A stretch of 63,552 bases of DNA, counting the filler, from Reticulomyxa filosa (Eukaryota > Protista > Foraminifera), in NCBI GenBank assembly GCA_000512085.1. It is 25 parts of 25 records of this genome, joined end to end, with 100 filler letters (N's around TTAATTAATTAA, not from the genome) between each part and the next. Parts side by side here need not be neighbours in the genome. Positions count along the whole stretch, not along the records: positions 38,162 to 40,018 come from ASPP01029228.1; positions 40,119 to 44,344 come from ASPP01003800.1; positions 44,445 to 46,107 come from ASPP01036262.1; positions 46,208 to 49,424 come from ASPP01009201.1; positions 49,525 to 50,930 come from ASPP01034468.1; 20 more parts are not named here. One strand, given 5' to 3'. Position numbers and translations under genes: made by a program. Within the stretch, counting starts at the first letter, position 1, and every line of letters begins with the position of its first letter. This document shows, piece after piece, positions 39,761 to 51,030 of this stretch. The notes below the pieces were generated by a model that saw only the letters and a program-made list of their open reading frames with translations, was not told the DNA's origin and searched no databases.

Positions 39761-40229
39761 ATGAGACATTTGGTTATTTATTTTCAGATTATTCTGCAAA
39801 AAACAACTTCAATAAAGAATGAGAGGCGACAAACCTCCCTCCCCTTTCAAACAAGTCATAATAATGAAAAAGTGCTCTTTTTTCTTTTGAAAAATACAAA
39901 TGTCTTTGTTTTCAAAATTTCTTGTGTTATTTTGATTTTTGTTTCCAACAAACGAACGATAATTTGGTTATATGAACATATGTCCCGCCCTCTTCGTATG
40001 TCGTTTACCTAAAAAAAANNNNNNNNNNNNNNNNNNNNNNNNNNNNNNNNNNNNNNNNNNNNTTAATTAATTAANNNNNNNNNNNNNNNNNNNNNNNNNN
40101 NNNNNNNNNNNNNNNNNNTTTTTTTTTGTTCCCCCTTTCTTTTCTCACCCAATCAAATTTGTAATATGTAATACGAAAAAAAGAAGTTGCTTGAATAATT
40201 CAAAGTAGACTCGAAGAAGCACAAAACTT

Positions 40230-40789
40230 GTACGTATTTGTGCAACGTGGGCACGATTTTGTTGGTCAAGAACTCTCCCAGACGACATTGGGCGCGTAGT
40301 GTTTCGGTGATCAGTTGGAATATTAAATGGCAGCACTGAGTAAAATGCCTGGCTCCGCTGTGCGACTGTTTAGTCATATCTTGCAAAGAATATTTTTCAA
40401 ATCCATCCAATAATCGGTTGATATCATTCATTTGATGCTTTCCAAACTTGTCCAACACATCTTTGACATGATCCAACATACCCACTCCCAATTCTGCTTG
40501 CTCCGCTATATCGTGGAGCTCCACTTCTAGAATGTTCCCATTCTTGTACTTTTCAGACTCAGGCACTTTACTCTGTTTTTATTTATTTACTTTTTGAGTT
40601 ATGCCTTTTTTTTTTTTTTGTTCTTTTAAAACTCACCTCCTCAGTTTTCACATCGGGCTCATTTGTTGCACTTTTTCTTTCTTCCGTTTTTTCAGTAGGT
40701 TTCTCAGTCGTTTGCTTCACCGTTTCACCTGTTACGTCTTTGTTCAACATCTGCATTAACATATCATCATATTCATCAATTTCTGACAT
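40230..40789 (-). CDS. 5' exons of a helical protein, possibly F-BAR-like
   Basis: ATG at 40789, an intron at about 40573-40636 with an A-rich acceptor, then an amphipathic helical segment ..FTQCCHLIFQLITETLRAQCRLGEFLTNKIVPTLHKY resembling the F-BAR pattern. Confidence 0.5.
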
Positions 40790-41102
40790 TTATATAAATT
40801 TGAAGATTGATTCTTCTAATCTTTGCTTTGTATAGTAAGTAAAATGAGAAACAGAATTTTCAAGTTTTTTTTTTTTACTCGAGAAAGACTTTGTCCCCTT
40901 TTTTTCCCCTTCTCGTTTTTTGCTCAGCAAAGAAATGTGAATAAATAAATTTCTGTGTAAATATTTTTAAAAAGTGGACATTTGCGTATGTTGAAAGTGT
41001 TTTTGAATAGTGCAAAGAAAAAAGGGTCTCGTTGGAATTTGTTGTTGACATTAAACCTCTAATCAGTAAGTTACATTACCACCAGTAAAAAAAAAAAAAA
41101 GG

Positions 41103-42588
41103 TCAAGAGGACAGAAGCAGTTTGGAGGGTGTGCGAAAGTAGTGAGCAGCAGCGGGAGTGACAACGAGCTCAATATACAACAAGCCACTGGTGCGATTAA
41201 GGACGACGTAGGGTGCGACCCAGGGCGTGACAGTGGCACCAAAGTATAGCCTCCAATTGAGCACGGGCATGGAGAGAGAGGCTGCGTCGGAGAGCTGAGT
41301 GATATCAATGCGACTAGACTTGGACTTGTTCATATGAGGGAAAGGATAGAGATAGATGATCTTCGGATTGCACCCCAAGAAATTGATCAAAGGCTTCCAT
41401 TTCCAATATTCGACCAATATTTGATGCCCGGTTCTGCTTTGTCGTTTGGACAGCAGGAAAGAAGAGAGTGTCGAATACAGCGAAGAAGAAGAGTGCGAAG
41501 GAGGCTTTGCGTCGAGATTGAGCACGAGCAAATCGTGAGAACGGTTACGTTTTTGAAAGTAGTCAATGACGAATTGATTGTGCAATTCGTAGCGGCGCGC
41601 CACAAGCATTGCAAACTCTTCGTCCAACAGGCCACTCTTCGCATACGATTTCCCCGTTCGCTTCAGATAGTTGATGTGACTCACGGCCATCTGCACATGC
41701 GAGTCGCGAACCGTCAAAATGAATTTGCTATTTGGATACCACTGATCGAATATCGGAAACAGAAAGCACCATGGACTATCACCTTTTTTTTTTTTTTTTA
41801 AAAAAAACAAAAAAAAGATTTATGTATATATAATTTATTATATATACATAAATCTTTTTTTTAAAAAAATTAAATTTTTGAAAAATGATTTAACCAAAAG
41901 CCAATGCTCCAAACGTGTCTTTTCGAAAACTTTGCAGGAGCTGAGGGTGTTGGAAAATGTCCATGATAATGTCGTTGATCGACTTCCACACCATCGTGGT
42001 GTCCGACACATACTTCCACAATCCCAAATGTATACACGATTTCTTGCTACATTTGTATCCAAGGATATCCAATGCCTTTGCCACACTCGTCGTCCCTGTT
42101 TTCATTAGTCCAATTATAAACACCTTTCCTTGATGTTTACACAGTCCGTTTCGAGGCTCCATCACTCGTGGTCCTCCTTGCGCATATCCTTGCAGCTGCG
42201 CTTGCAGTTGCTCGTATATTTGCGGCGTATACATATGGATACCCTTTAATATGGTTGGATCGATTAACGACTCATTGTAACCGTATTCAAATGGGGACAA
42301 TGTGTCGTTGACGACGCGAATGGGAAAGTTTGCCCATGTTTTGGTTGGGTGCGAAAGTGTGTCCAGCAATTGCACTATGGCACGACTCACGTATGTGATA
42401 TCCAGATTGTGTGCATTTGCATGAAATGATTCTCCCCCCAATGTCAGTAGTGACAATATGTATAATGATCCGATGTTTATTGCCAACACGAGGAACAATA
42501 TCGACAGACAGTTGCGTCTTGTCATCACGCGTTGGACAATGTCTTGGCCGTTCCTTGTTGTTGACACTCCTTCCCCACTTCTTTGCAT
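41103..42588 (-). CDS. Type II membrane P-loop sulfotransferase-family protein (exons 42588-41895 and 41782-41103)
   Basis: N-terminal signal-anchor; 5'-PSB motif KVFIIGLMKTGTTSVAKALDILGY; GDSPW..PNSKFILTVRD (3'-PB); HNQFVIDYF..LLVLNL; W.PLINFLG; PFPHMN. A 112-nt GT-AG intron joins the two ORFs in frame. Confidence 0.88.
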
Positions 42589-42941
42589 CTAGATCAACGT
42601 CTTGCTTTGTTTTCTTTTTTTTTTTTTTGTTTTTTTTCCCCTCACAAATGTCAAAGCAAATCAATCGCTAGCTTTTTGTAGAACATCAAAATTGGAACGA
42701 TTTCTTCCCCCCAACATTTCGGAAGGGACAGCAAAAGGAGGGGAGACGAAGGATTAGTTTACTTGGGATAAACAACTGTGCAACGCAAATTTTGCTTTAC
42801 ATATGTATATATTTTTTTAAAAAAAAGATTTAAACGGCAAGTGTCCAAAAAAAAAAAAAAAAGAGCTTTATGAGGAATATAAAAACACACATAGTTTTTT
42901 TTTTTAAAAAAGAGCATTAATAATAATTGTAAGGGGTAGTA

Positions 42942-44209
42942 ATGTTACGACCTTGTGTAGTCTTGTTCTTCTGGACATTGCTCTGGACCTTGGGCTGGAC
43001 GTCGGGTGTGACGGTGGAAATAACATCGCAAAGCGCTTTTGGGAGTAACACGGACCGTTCGTTTCACGGCGTGTTGTCGGGAGTGAGCGACGCGACGCAG
43101 TACACGGTGATATCGGCGATCCAAGGAGGCAACTGGTGGGGTCCAAAAACGTACGTGGTGCCAAAGAGCGACGGTACATTTGTGGGCAGCGTCGGATCGG
43201 CGACGAACGACAAGTACGGAGTGCGTATCGCATTGTGGGTGTTTGCGAACACAGACGTGCCAGCATACGGCGACATAAGCATTTTGAACGAGCCCGTGGT
43301 GACAGCATCGACGATCACAGGAGACAATTCGACAGTGCAGTACTTCAAGATTGTGGATAGATTCGTGCAGTACGTGCGAGGAGGCTATGGATTCGGACTG
43401 AAGACATACGACTCACGCGTGGGTCCAGGAGACAACTACTTTGGATACAACTCGGATCTGACATATCATAACGACAGCGACGACAGTCTGCACTTGTACA
43501 TCTATCTGAATGAGACCAGTGGACAATACTACTGTACCGAATACTACGGACTCGAGCCCTTGGGCTACGGGTCGTACATCTTCTCCACCAAGTCGCGTGT
43601 TGATCTGCTGGCCGATCAGGGCAGATGGAGCGTGCTGGGCATGTTCACGTACGATGAGACCGCGTCCGAGACGGCGTACAATGAGGTCGATTTTGAGGTG
43701 TCCAAATGGGGATACAGCGCTGATCCCACCAATGCTCAGTTCGTCATTCAACCCTATGGCGAGGATGGACATTTGAAACGCTTCACCATTCCTCATTCCA
43801 ATTCCTCCGGATCTCTCTATGATGTCACTTATGCCTTCTTCTGGTCTCCTCACTTCATCTACTTGCCTCCTATCTCGGCGTCTTCAATGGCGAGTACTTT
43901 TACAAACACAACCAATTACAGGAACTCACGCTCATTGACGAGTACAACTTCACCGACTCGGCTCAAGTGCCTCCTCCTGGAAATACCACTGTTCATATCA
44001 ACTTGTGGACTGCTAATCACACGCAACAGGACGTCCAACAGACTGCCGTCATATCCGGCTTTTGGCACTTTGACACGCCCTTTTATCAACTCCAGTATAT
44101 ACCTACCTCCACTGTACAACCTGCCAGTCCTGCTTCCTCGCACTTCACTTCTTTCGCTCTTTGCTGTGTCCCACTTTTGACTTTGCTCACTCTCTGCTAT
44201 ATTTTCTGA
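42942..44209 (+). CDS. Secreted, probably GPI-anchored GH16-like glycoside hydrolase of bacterial type; single-base frameshift at about 43864
   Basis: Signal peptide; GPGDNYF, SLHLYI, LGYGSYIF, VLGMFTY, catalytic NEVDFEVSKWG (ExDxE), NAQFVIQPY. After adding one T the frame continues ASYLGVFNG...VPPPGNTTVHINLW to a hydrophobic C-terminus at 44209. Intronless and GC-rich. Confidence 0.85.
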
Positions 44210-44444
44210 ATCTTGTATTTTTCTTCTTCTTTTAACAAAACTTTTTTTGATCCTCTCCAAAGAGATACTAGATTATGTATTTTTTTTTTTGTAATATATA
44301 AAAAATATTTTGCTTCGAAAATTTTTCATTAATCCTTTTTTTTTNNNNNNNNNNNNNNNNNNNNNNNNNNNNNNNNNNNNNNNNNNNNTTAATTAATTAA
44401 NNNNNNNNNNNNNNNNNNNNNNNNNNNNNNNNNNNNNNNNNNNN

Positions 44445-46107
44445 TTTTGAAAAAGGGAAATGGATGAGTAAATTTTGTATTCATTCCTGTGCCTTGATCC
44501 TCGTCGCTATTGTCTTTCTGTTGTTGCTGATGATACTGTCGGGCTTTTGTTTTCTTAGTTTTTTCCTCTTTGACTCAGCGCATTACATTCGTTGTTGGAT
44601 GCGAATGCGAAAAGACGCTTGCACCAGCGGACGGAATACGTTCAAATGATAAACAAACTAGTGGCCAGCTTGACGGCACAAACAAGTTGTTCACAAGCAT
44701 GCCAATTTGCAGATACATGCTACTTTCTTCGCTTGATTTGTTCGTTCACGTACACTTTGTCCACTTTTATATACATACATATATGTATGTCATACCACTT
44801 TGATTGTTGACGTTCATATTTGCACCAAATTTATAAATGTAACCGACGATTGCACCAGGATGAGCAATATGCATACTATAAAATATGATCATCTACAGTT
44901 TCAAGTGAATAACATTTTCTGTATTGATATCTTGCTGTTGAAGTTATAATCAAAACCACATGAGGAAGAGCCAGACAATAAAGTGGAGATATTCCAGCTT
45001 GGCTTTTCCACACATGTTAAAGCTACTTTCTGTTATGTCAATAGACAGACAAGCCGCGTAAATTGTATTGCAATATAACATCACTCGCTATTGGTTCAAG
45101 TGAAATACAAAGAATCACAAAAATACCATCGACTTCAAAGTTTATTTTGAAAATACTACTACTAACAATTATGTTTGGAAGGACAAGATTGAACGATACG
45201 GAATTGATCTTGTATTATTTGTCCCAACAATAACAACGATTGCACACTTATATTTCGAGAATGATATCCTGATGTAACATAAACATATCCAGAAGCCGTA
45301 AATATTGATGGATATTGATCTTTCTCTTGAACTTGCTAAGTACACTTCGACGTTGTTTGATTGCGGTCGCATGAGTCAACTGTTCGAAAAAGACAAAGTC
45401 AAACATTTTCAACAATGTGGTATAATTTGTGGTAAAATCGAGGATATACCAGAAGTACGGTCGACTGAGTTTTAACAAGTTTTGCACTGCAATTTGCTGT
45501 TTGAAAAATCGATAGTCGCAAATGTCATGTTGTTGTCAGAAAATGATATCAACGTTATATTTGAATCAATTGAATGTGATGATTGCTGATGTATCTTTCT
45601 ACAAATAACAAAATATATTTGTCGCAATACATGATTATCTGTAGCAGTTGGGTTGATGGCAAATGAAGAAGAATGGTGGCGTAGTTGGTTGTATTATATG
45701 TAGTAATATCTCGTGCTTTGCCAGCAATACAGTTAGATATCTTTACTATTTCAAATAGCATGTGCAATCTTTACCAATGTTACAGTAAATTATTATCGTA
45801 TCTTTTTCACTTGGCCAAAGGATTATAACTTGAAGGTATTCTGCTAGATCTTTGAGCATTGACATTGTTCACATTCGCCGGCTCATTCCAAGACATGCGG
45901 TGGCTATAATTGCCATTACTTCTTCTTTCGCTGAGATTGTTATATTTCTATGATGTTTCAAGTATGTTTTTACAATTCATTTTTTAAATAAACATAAAAA
46001 AACGATATATAACTTAACTTTCCATGATCTGGAGCATGACTCCAACAAAATAAATTTTTTTTCCATTATTCTTTTTTTCTTTTATTTTTTCTTTTTCACT
46101 TAATAAA
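44445..46107. repeat. Second decayed copy of the family at 34960-36132
   Basis: Shared blocks as described for 34960-36132; no long ORF. Confidence 0.8.
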
Positions 46108-46439
46108 NNNNNNNNNNNNNNNNNNNNNNNNNNNNNNNNNNNNNNNNNNNNTTAATTAATTAANNNNNNNNNNNNNNNNNNNNNNNNNNNNNNNNNNNNN
46201 NNNNNNNTGCCGAAATTACCACCAGATATTCCCACAGTTCAACTTCAAAAAAAAAAAAGCCCCTTTTTCTCTCCATCTCCCCTCCCCCTTAAAGTTCAAA
46301 AAAAAAATTTTTTTTTTTTGAAGAAACCCTTTTTTTTTTTCCAAAGTTCAAAAATTTTTTTTTTTGTACAAACCCCTTTTTTTAAAAAAAAAAAGTTCAG
46401 AGCCAGAGGACCCCTCCCTCCTCAACAACAAAAATAGTC

Positions 46440-46833
46440 AAAGTTAACACAAGAGATGGTCCGAGAACAAATTCGATTGTTGCAGGCGTTTTTGTTTGAT
46501 GTGCACACGCAAGTACATTTGCAAGAACACACGGCCACGCACATATTTTTAAACGCCGATAACGCGGCCAACTTTAGCAAACAAAAGCCCCGCAAAATAT
46601 CGATGCCTGTACCCTTCGATAAACAAGGCCACGCCACTGCAACGGCCACGGCCGCTGCCGAGCACATTTCAATCGATCATATTACTTCCAATCCCTCTCT
46701 TCCAGAGAATACCGATGGCCATGACTTGTTCCGCCAACATACCAATCCTGATGATCTCTTTCCCATTCAAAAAGCTGTCTCGGACACAGACTTATCGCAC
46801 GAACAAGTTACCAGCTCAGATCAACTTCTTTGA
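46440..46833 (+). CDS. Terminal exon of a hypothetical protein
   Basis: 125-aa ORF with coding-like composition, preceded by an AG acceptor (AAAAATAG). No family recognised. Confidence 0.5.
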
Positions 46834-47080
46834 TACCGATTTTTTAAAAACAAAAGAAATAGTGTCTTTAGCATTATTTTTTTTATTTTTTTGGTTTTGT
46901 GTTCTTTTAAACGTGTGTGCAAAGTTTTCTGACATCCTTCGGCAATTTTTTTGCTATGTCTTTCCGCATTTCCATCTCCTTCGCAACATTTTTTTGAAAC
47001 TCCCTCTCTTTTAGGAAAATTCGATTTTTATAAGTTGTTTCTTGGGATAAACATTATTTTAGGACCTTAAGTAAAACAAA

Positions 47081-47132
47081 ATAGCGTTGTAACTGCCTAA
47101 CGGCAGCTGCAGGGGCTATCCCTTTTTTTTTT
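47081..47132 (+). other. GC-rich hairpin followed by a T run, 30 nt upstream of the cupin ATG
   Basis: ATAGCGTTGTAACTGCC-TAAC-GGCAGCTGCAGGGGCTAT gives about 15 pairs including G-U, then T11. Confidence 0.6.
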
Positions 47133-47149
47133 CGCAATTCAAAAAAATT

Positions 47150-47851
47150 ATGGAAAAGCAAGATATCACGTCTAAAAAAATATTTAGTATTGGATTAGCA
47201 GTTGGAGCACTAATAGGATTTTCAGTGGGTTGGTTCTGTAGTCACAAGTGATATAAAAAAAATTGTGTATGAAAAACGTTACCCTTTTTTTTTTGTTCAG
47301 AAAAGAAAAACAGTATCGTGTTGACATTCAAATAACTGTTTTCTCATTTTTCCAAAGAAATTGCAAGAAGCCAATAAAGATCAACGAAACGAAAAACGAA
47401 TGGAAAATACCAGTAATTAAAAGTGATAAAAATGGTAATTCCTTTGTGGATTACAAAGTGTATCGCTTAAATGACAAAGAAGAAATAGGGTCGATGTCTG
47501 ATCCCATTAAAGTCCAAAGTTCACATTTGCCAAAAAAAATAATTTTTTTAATTCACTTTCAGTTTTTGTTTTTTTTCCTCTCGAGAAACTAATTAAAGTA
47601 AATCAATTCTTCGAACAGGCATTAAACTTCGGGAAACTCCAGGTGATTATAACTTTGACTGGCACTGTGCTCCTAACAAACAGTTCATTATCAATTTAGA
47701 TGCCGCTGTTCATATCCGCACAAGCAATGGACAACAGGTGTTGTTGGAGCAAGGACAATTGTTTGCAGTTGAAGATATCGATGGGAAGGGACATCAATCT
47801 AGAGCTGTTGATGGCATGCCCAGAAAATCCGTTTTTATTGTATACGAATGA
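47150..47851 (+). CDS. Membrane-anchored cupin of bacterial type, 3 exons (47150-47247, 47358-47518, 47619-47851), 163 aa
   Basis: The GT-AG exons sum to 492 nt in an open frame: MEKQ..IFSIGLAVGALIGFSVGWF..IPVIKSDKNGNSFVD..EIGSMSDPIKVQSIKLRETPGDYNFDWHCAPNKQFIINLDAAVHIRTSNG..GQLFAVEDIDGKGHQSRAVDGMPRKSVFI. Cupin motifs WH.AP..Q and ED..GKGH are present. Confidence 0.88.
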
Positions 47852-48416
47852 CTTTAAAAAACATCACTTTTTTTAATATAACTTTGGAATATTCTTTGAA
47901 ACAAATAATTGAACACAATTCTTAAAAAAATTGCTAATTTTTTCAGATCGCCTTTAACTGAGCGCGATCAATAGAAAAGTTTGAAAAAGTGAAGGATAGG
48001 GAAAAAAAAGTATAATTCTGACGCTTGACTGGTAAACTTCGGGCTGTGAAAAAAACTGTTATTAATTTAAAAATATGCAACATTCAAAAGTGACTGTTTC
48101 AGGAAAAACAGTCTTTCACAGATAATCGTTTATTTGATTTGATACTTGCATTTAATAAATACAGATAATGTTGTCAAAAAAAAGGTTTACTAGTTGAATT
48201 AAACGAATTAAATTTTTAAAAAATAATATTGACAATTTAAGTTTGGAAAAAAGAAAGGTCTTGGTTTCATTTCACAGTTTTTTGTAAATGGAAAATTATT
48301 GCTTGTGAAAAAGTCGGAATGTTGTCACTTTCTACTCAGCAAAACATGTGACATAATACATTTCAACTTTGAAGAATTGAACGTGTCTACATTTAAAATT
48401 AATATTGAAACAAAAA

Positions 48417-49400
48417 ATGAGCAAAAACCATCAAAAAATGTACCAGCAGTGGGCTGCAATCACCAACGACGAGAAACAAGTCTTAGTGCGCACATGGGCA
48501 ATTGTCTATCGGCAAAGAGAAAAACTCATCAAACAATTGGCAAGCGCCATGCTCCAAGAACAAGTTGACGGTAGGGATTTTGGAAATGAATCTTAAAAAA
48601 AACTCAATTCTGGCGTTTTTGTAAAATATACTGCTGATAACATTAAAGTTAAACAAACTAATGCAAATAAATAGATGCCACTACAACTTATAACGGAGTT
48701 GAAGTGTCAGTAGTGATTGACGGCTGGAATTATGTAATTCGATGTATTGAGAATCCAAATGATGATCACGATTATAGTTTTCATAACAACAGTGAAGACG
48801 AAGAAAAAAGGGCTAAGAAAAAACATAGGAAATCAAAGAAAAGTAAGAGAGCTTCACAATCCCTTTCTAAGAATCAAAAGGGCGGTCTCCTTCAAACAGG
48901 AAATGATAATAATGACACAAACCCCATATCAAATGACGAAAAAATTGATCAACACGATACACAAACTTTGGCATTGCAATCAGTAAAGACTGATAACAAC
49001 ATTCAAGACCCGCTTCTAAAGCCGAAGAAGCAGCACTCTCACGTGTGGCGTAACGATGAAGTATATATGAAAATTTATCGTTTCTTGCGTAGGATTGTTT
49101 TAACTCATCAGCGAGAACAAGTAGACCCAGCAGACTTGTTAGAAACTCGCAGGCACATTCTCTCCATCTTGCACACGAATTTGAGTGGTTTATGGAAAAA
49201 AAATGTCGCTGCAGCTTGGATCAAGTTGACAGGATTTGTCATGATGGGTTTAGTTATTGGCGGCAAAAAAGCAGTGGCAGTGCCCCCACCAAGCAATGAC
49301 GCCATTGATCTGGTAAGACAATCATGGGAGGCAGTCCAAACAAACATCAACAGTGCCGCCATGTTTTTTTTCGAACATTTGTTTAAAGATAACTTAGTTG
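48417..49400 (+). CDS. Multi-domain (tandem) globin, 3' truncated
   Basis: A-helix ITNDEKQVLVRTWAIV; F-helix LRRIVLTHQREQV (proximal His); H-helix WKKNVAAAWIKLTGFV. A second domain starts DAIDLVRQSWEAV..AAMFFFEHLF. Intron 48571-48674. Confidence 0.82.
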
Positions 49401-51030
49401 AGTGACTCCTTTTTTTTTTTTTTANNNNNNNNNNNNNNNNNNNNNNNNNNNNNNNNNNNNNNNNNNNNTTAATTAATTAANNNNNNNNNNNNNNNNNNNN
49501 NNNNNNNNNNNNNNNNNNNNNNNNATTTACACTCGAACAATTTCATCGAAGAAAGGAAATAAAACAAGTTTATTCACATAAACAATATTGTCAGCAAATA
49601 TAAATATTGTTGTATTGATACATCAATTAGATGGCCATAATTCTTTTTCTGTTATTTAAGTACAAATTGAAATTTCGCACATATTTGAATTATGCAAAAA
49701 TTTTTATTAAGTCAAGGATAATACCTTCGAAAATAAGTACATAAATAACACTTTTTTTACGAAAGTAAGAAATCTATTAAATATTTAAACAACAATTGAA
49801 GATGTTCATGACAGAATATGTTAAATAAAGAATTTATTTATTAAGACATATATAATTCACTAAAGTTATTGCTGATTTTTATGTCGTACTTGAGTTAAAA
49901 CTTAGAAGAGATGCTGTGGTTTTCGATACAAAAGTGAAAGAATAATCGAATTTGCATGTATACTGTCTAACGATACATCTACCAGACATGTTTTTTAAAA
50001 ACAAGTTAAGAAAACAAGCATTCTTCTCCCTTTGTTGCATTTCTCTGCGAAGAGTGCAAGAAAATGATATTCAAATGCAGAAATTAGTGTTCTATGTCAC
50101 AAAATTTTGCAAATCTCTAAATCTTTTTCGTATAGTCATTATAGCAATCTCATGTTGTCCAGCGCAGTCTTTGTAATGTATCTTCTATCCAACTCACCAA
50201 CCTTCTACCATTGCATCTCATAAAAATCTCCCTTTTTTTGATCTACTTATCGTCACATATGTACATATATGAAATGAGTGAAGAGAAATTTAACAATGTG
50301 ATGATCATCAAGTAAACAAACATAAAACGAGTATCTTATTCTCTATTCTTCTAAATATGCTTTTCCAATAGTAAATATATGAATAGCATGATCTGTATAC
50401 AAAATGAACAAATATAATCTATAAAACTCAGTTGGTAGTTTTTTCCATTGAATTTATCATTGTTTTGTTTAATATGATCTAATATGTTTCAAAAAAGACT
50501 GACAAATAATACAATAAATAGCATTTTAATTGATTTTTGAGATTCGATTGTGTTTGATACGTAGTTATATATACTCCAAAGTTTTTTTCACAGTATCTTT
50601 TGGAGTTCGCATTGAACAAAAATGGAAGATTATTTTGTTTGTGTTTGCAAGCAATTATTTCAATGGCAATGATATTTTATCCAAATCTTTGAATGGATCA
50701 TTTTTTTTATTTGTTATCATTTTCATTAAAATTGTTCACTACATTACTATGACTGTTTTCATTGCATTTGCTAATGAAATGATAATGCAACTACTCGAAA
50801 TGGACAAAATAGAGATTACCTTGGTATTTATAGAACATGTTTTTGTTATTCATTTTGAATTGATTTGTCTGTAATAAATGATTATGCTTTCTTGATTGTA
50901 TGTCATCGTTGATATATAGTAATTTCTTTANNNNNNNNNNNNNNNNNNNNNNNNNNNNNNNNNNNNNNNNNNNNTTAATTAATTAANNNNNNNNNNNNNN
51001 NNNNNNNNNNNNNNNNNNNNNNNNNNNNNN

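Noticed and set aside
26335-43870. Single frameshifts in the TRAF-WD40 and GH16 genes as programmed frameshifting
   Set aside because: No shared slippery site is visible. Sequencing error or recent pseudogenisation is simpler; raw reads would decide.
41103-44209. Sulfotransferase and GH16 as a bacterial operon or contaminant
   Set aside because: The genes are divergent, the sulfotransferase has a spliceosomal intron and a signal-anchor, and the intergenic DNA has host-type homopolymer tracts. A functional link in sulfated-glycan metabolism is possible but unsupported.
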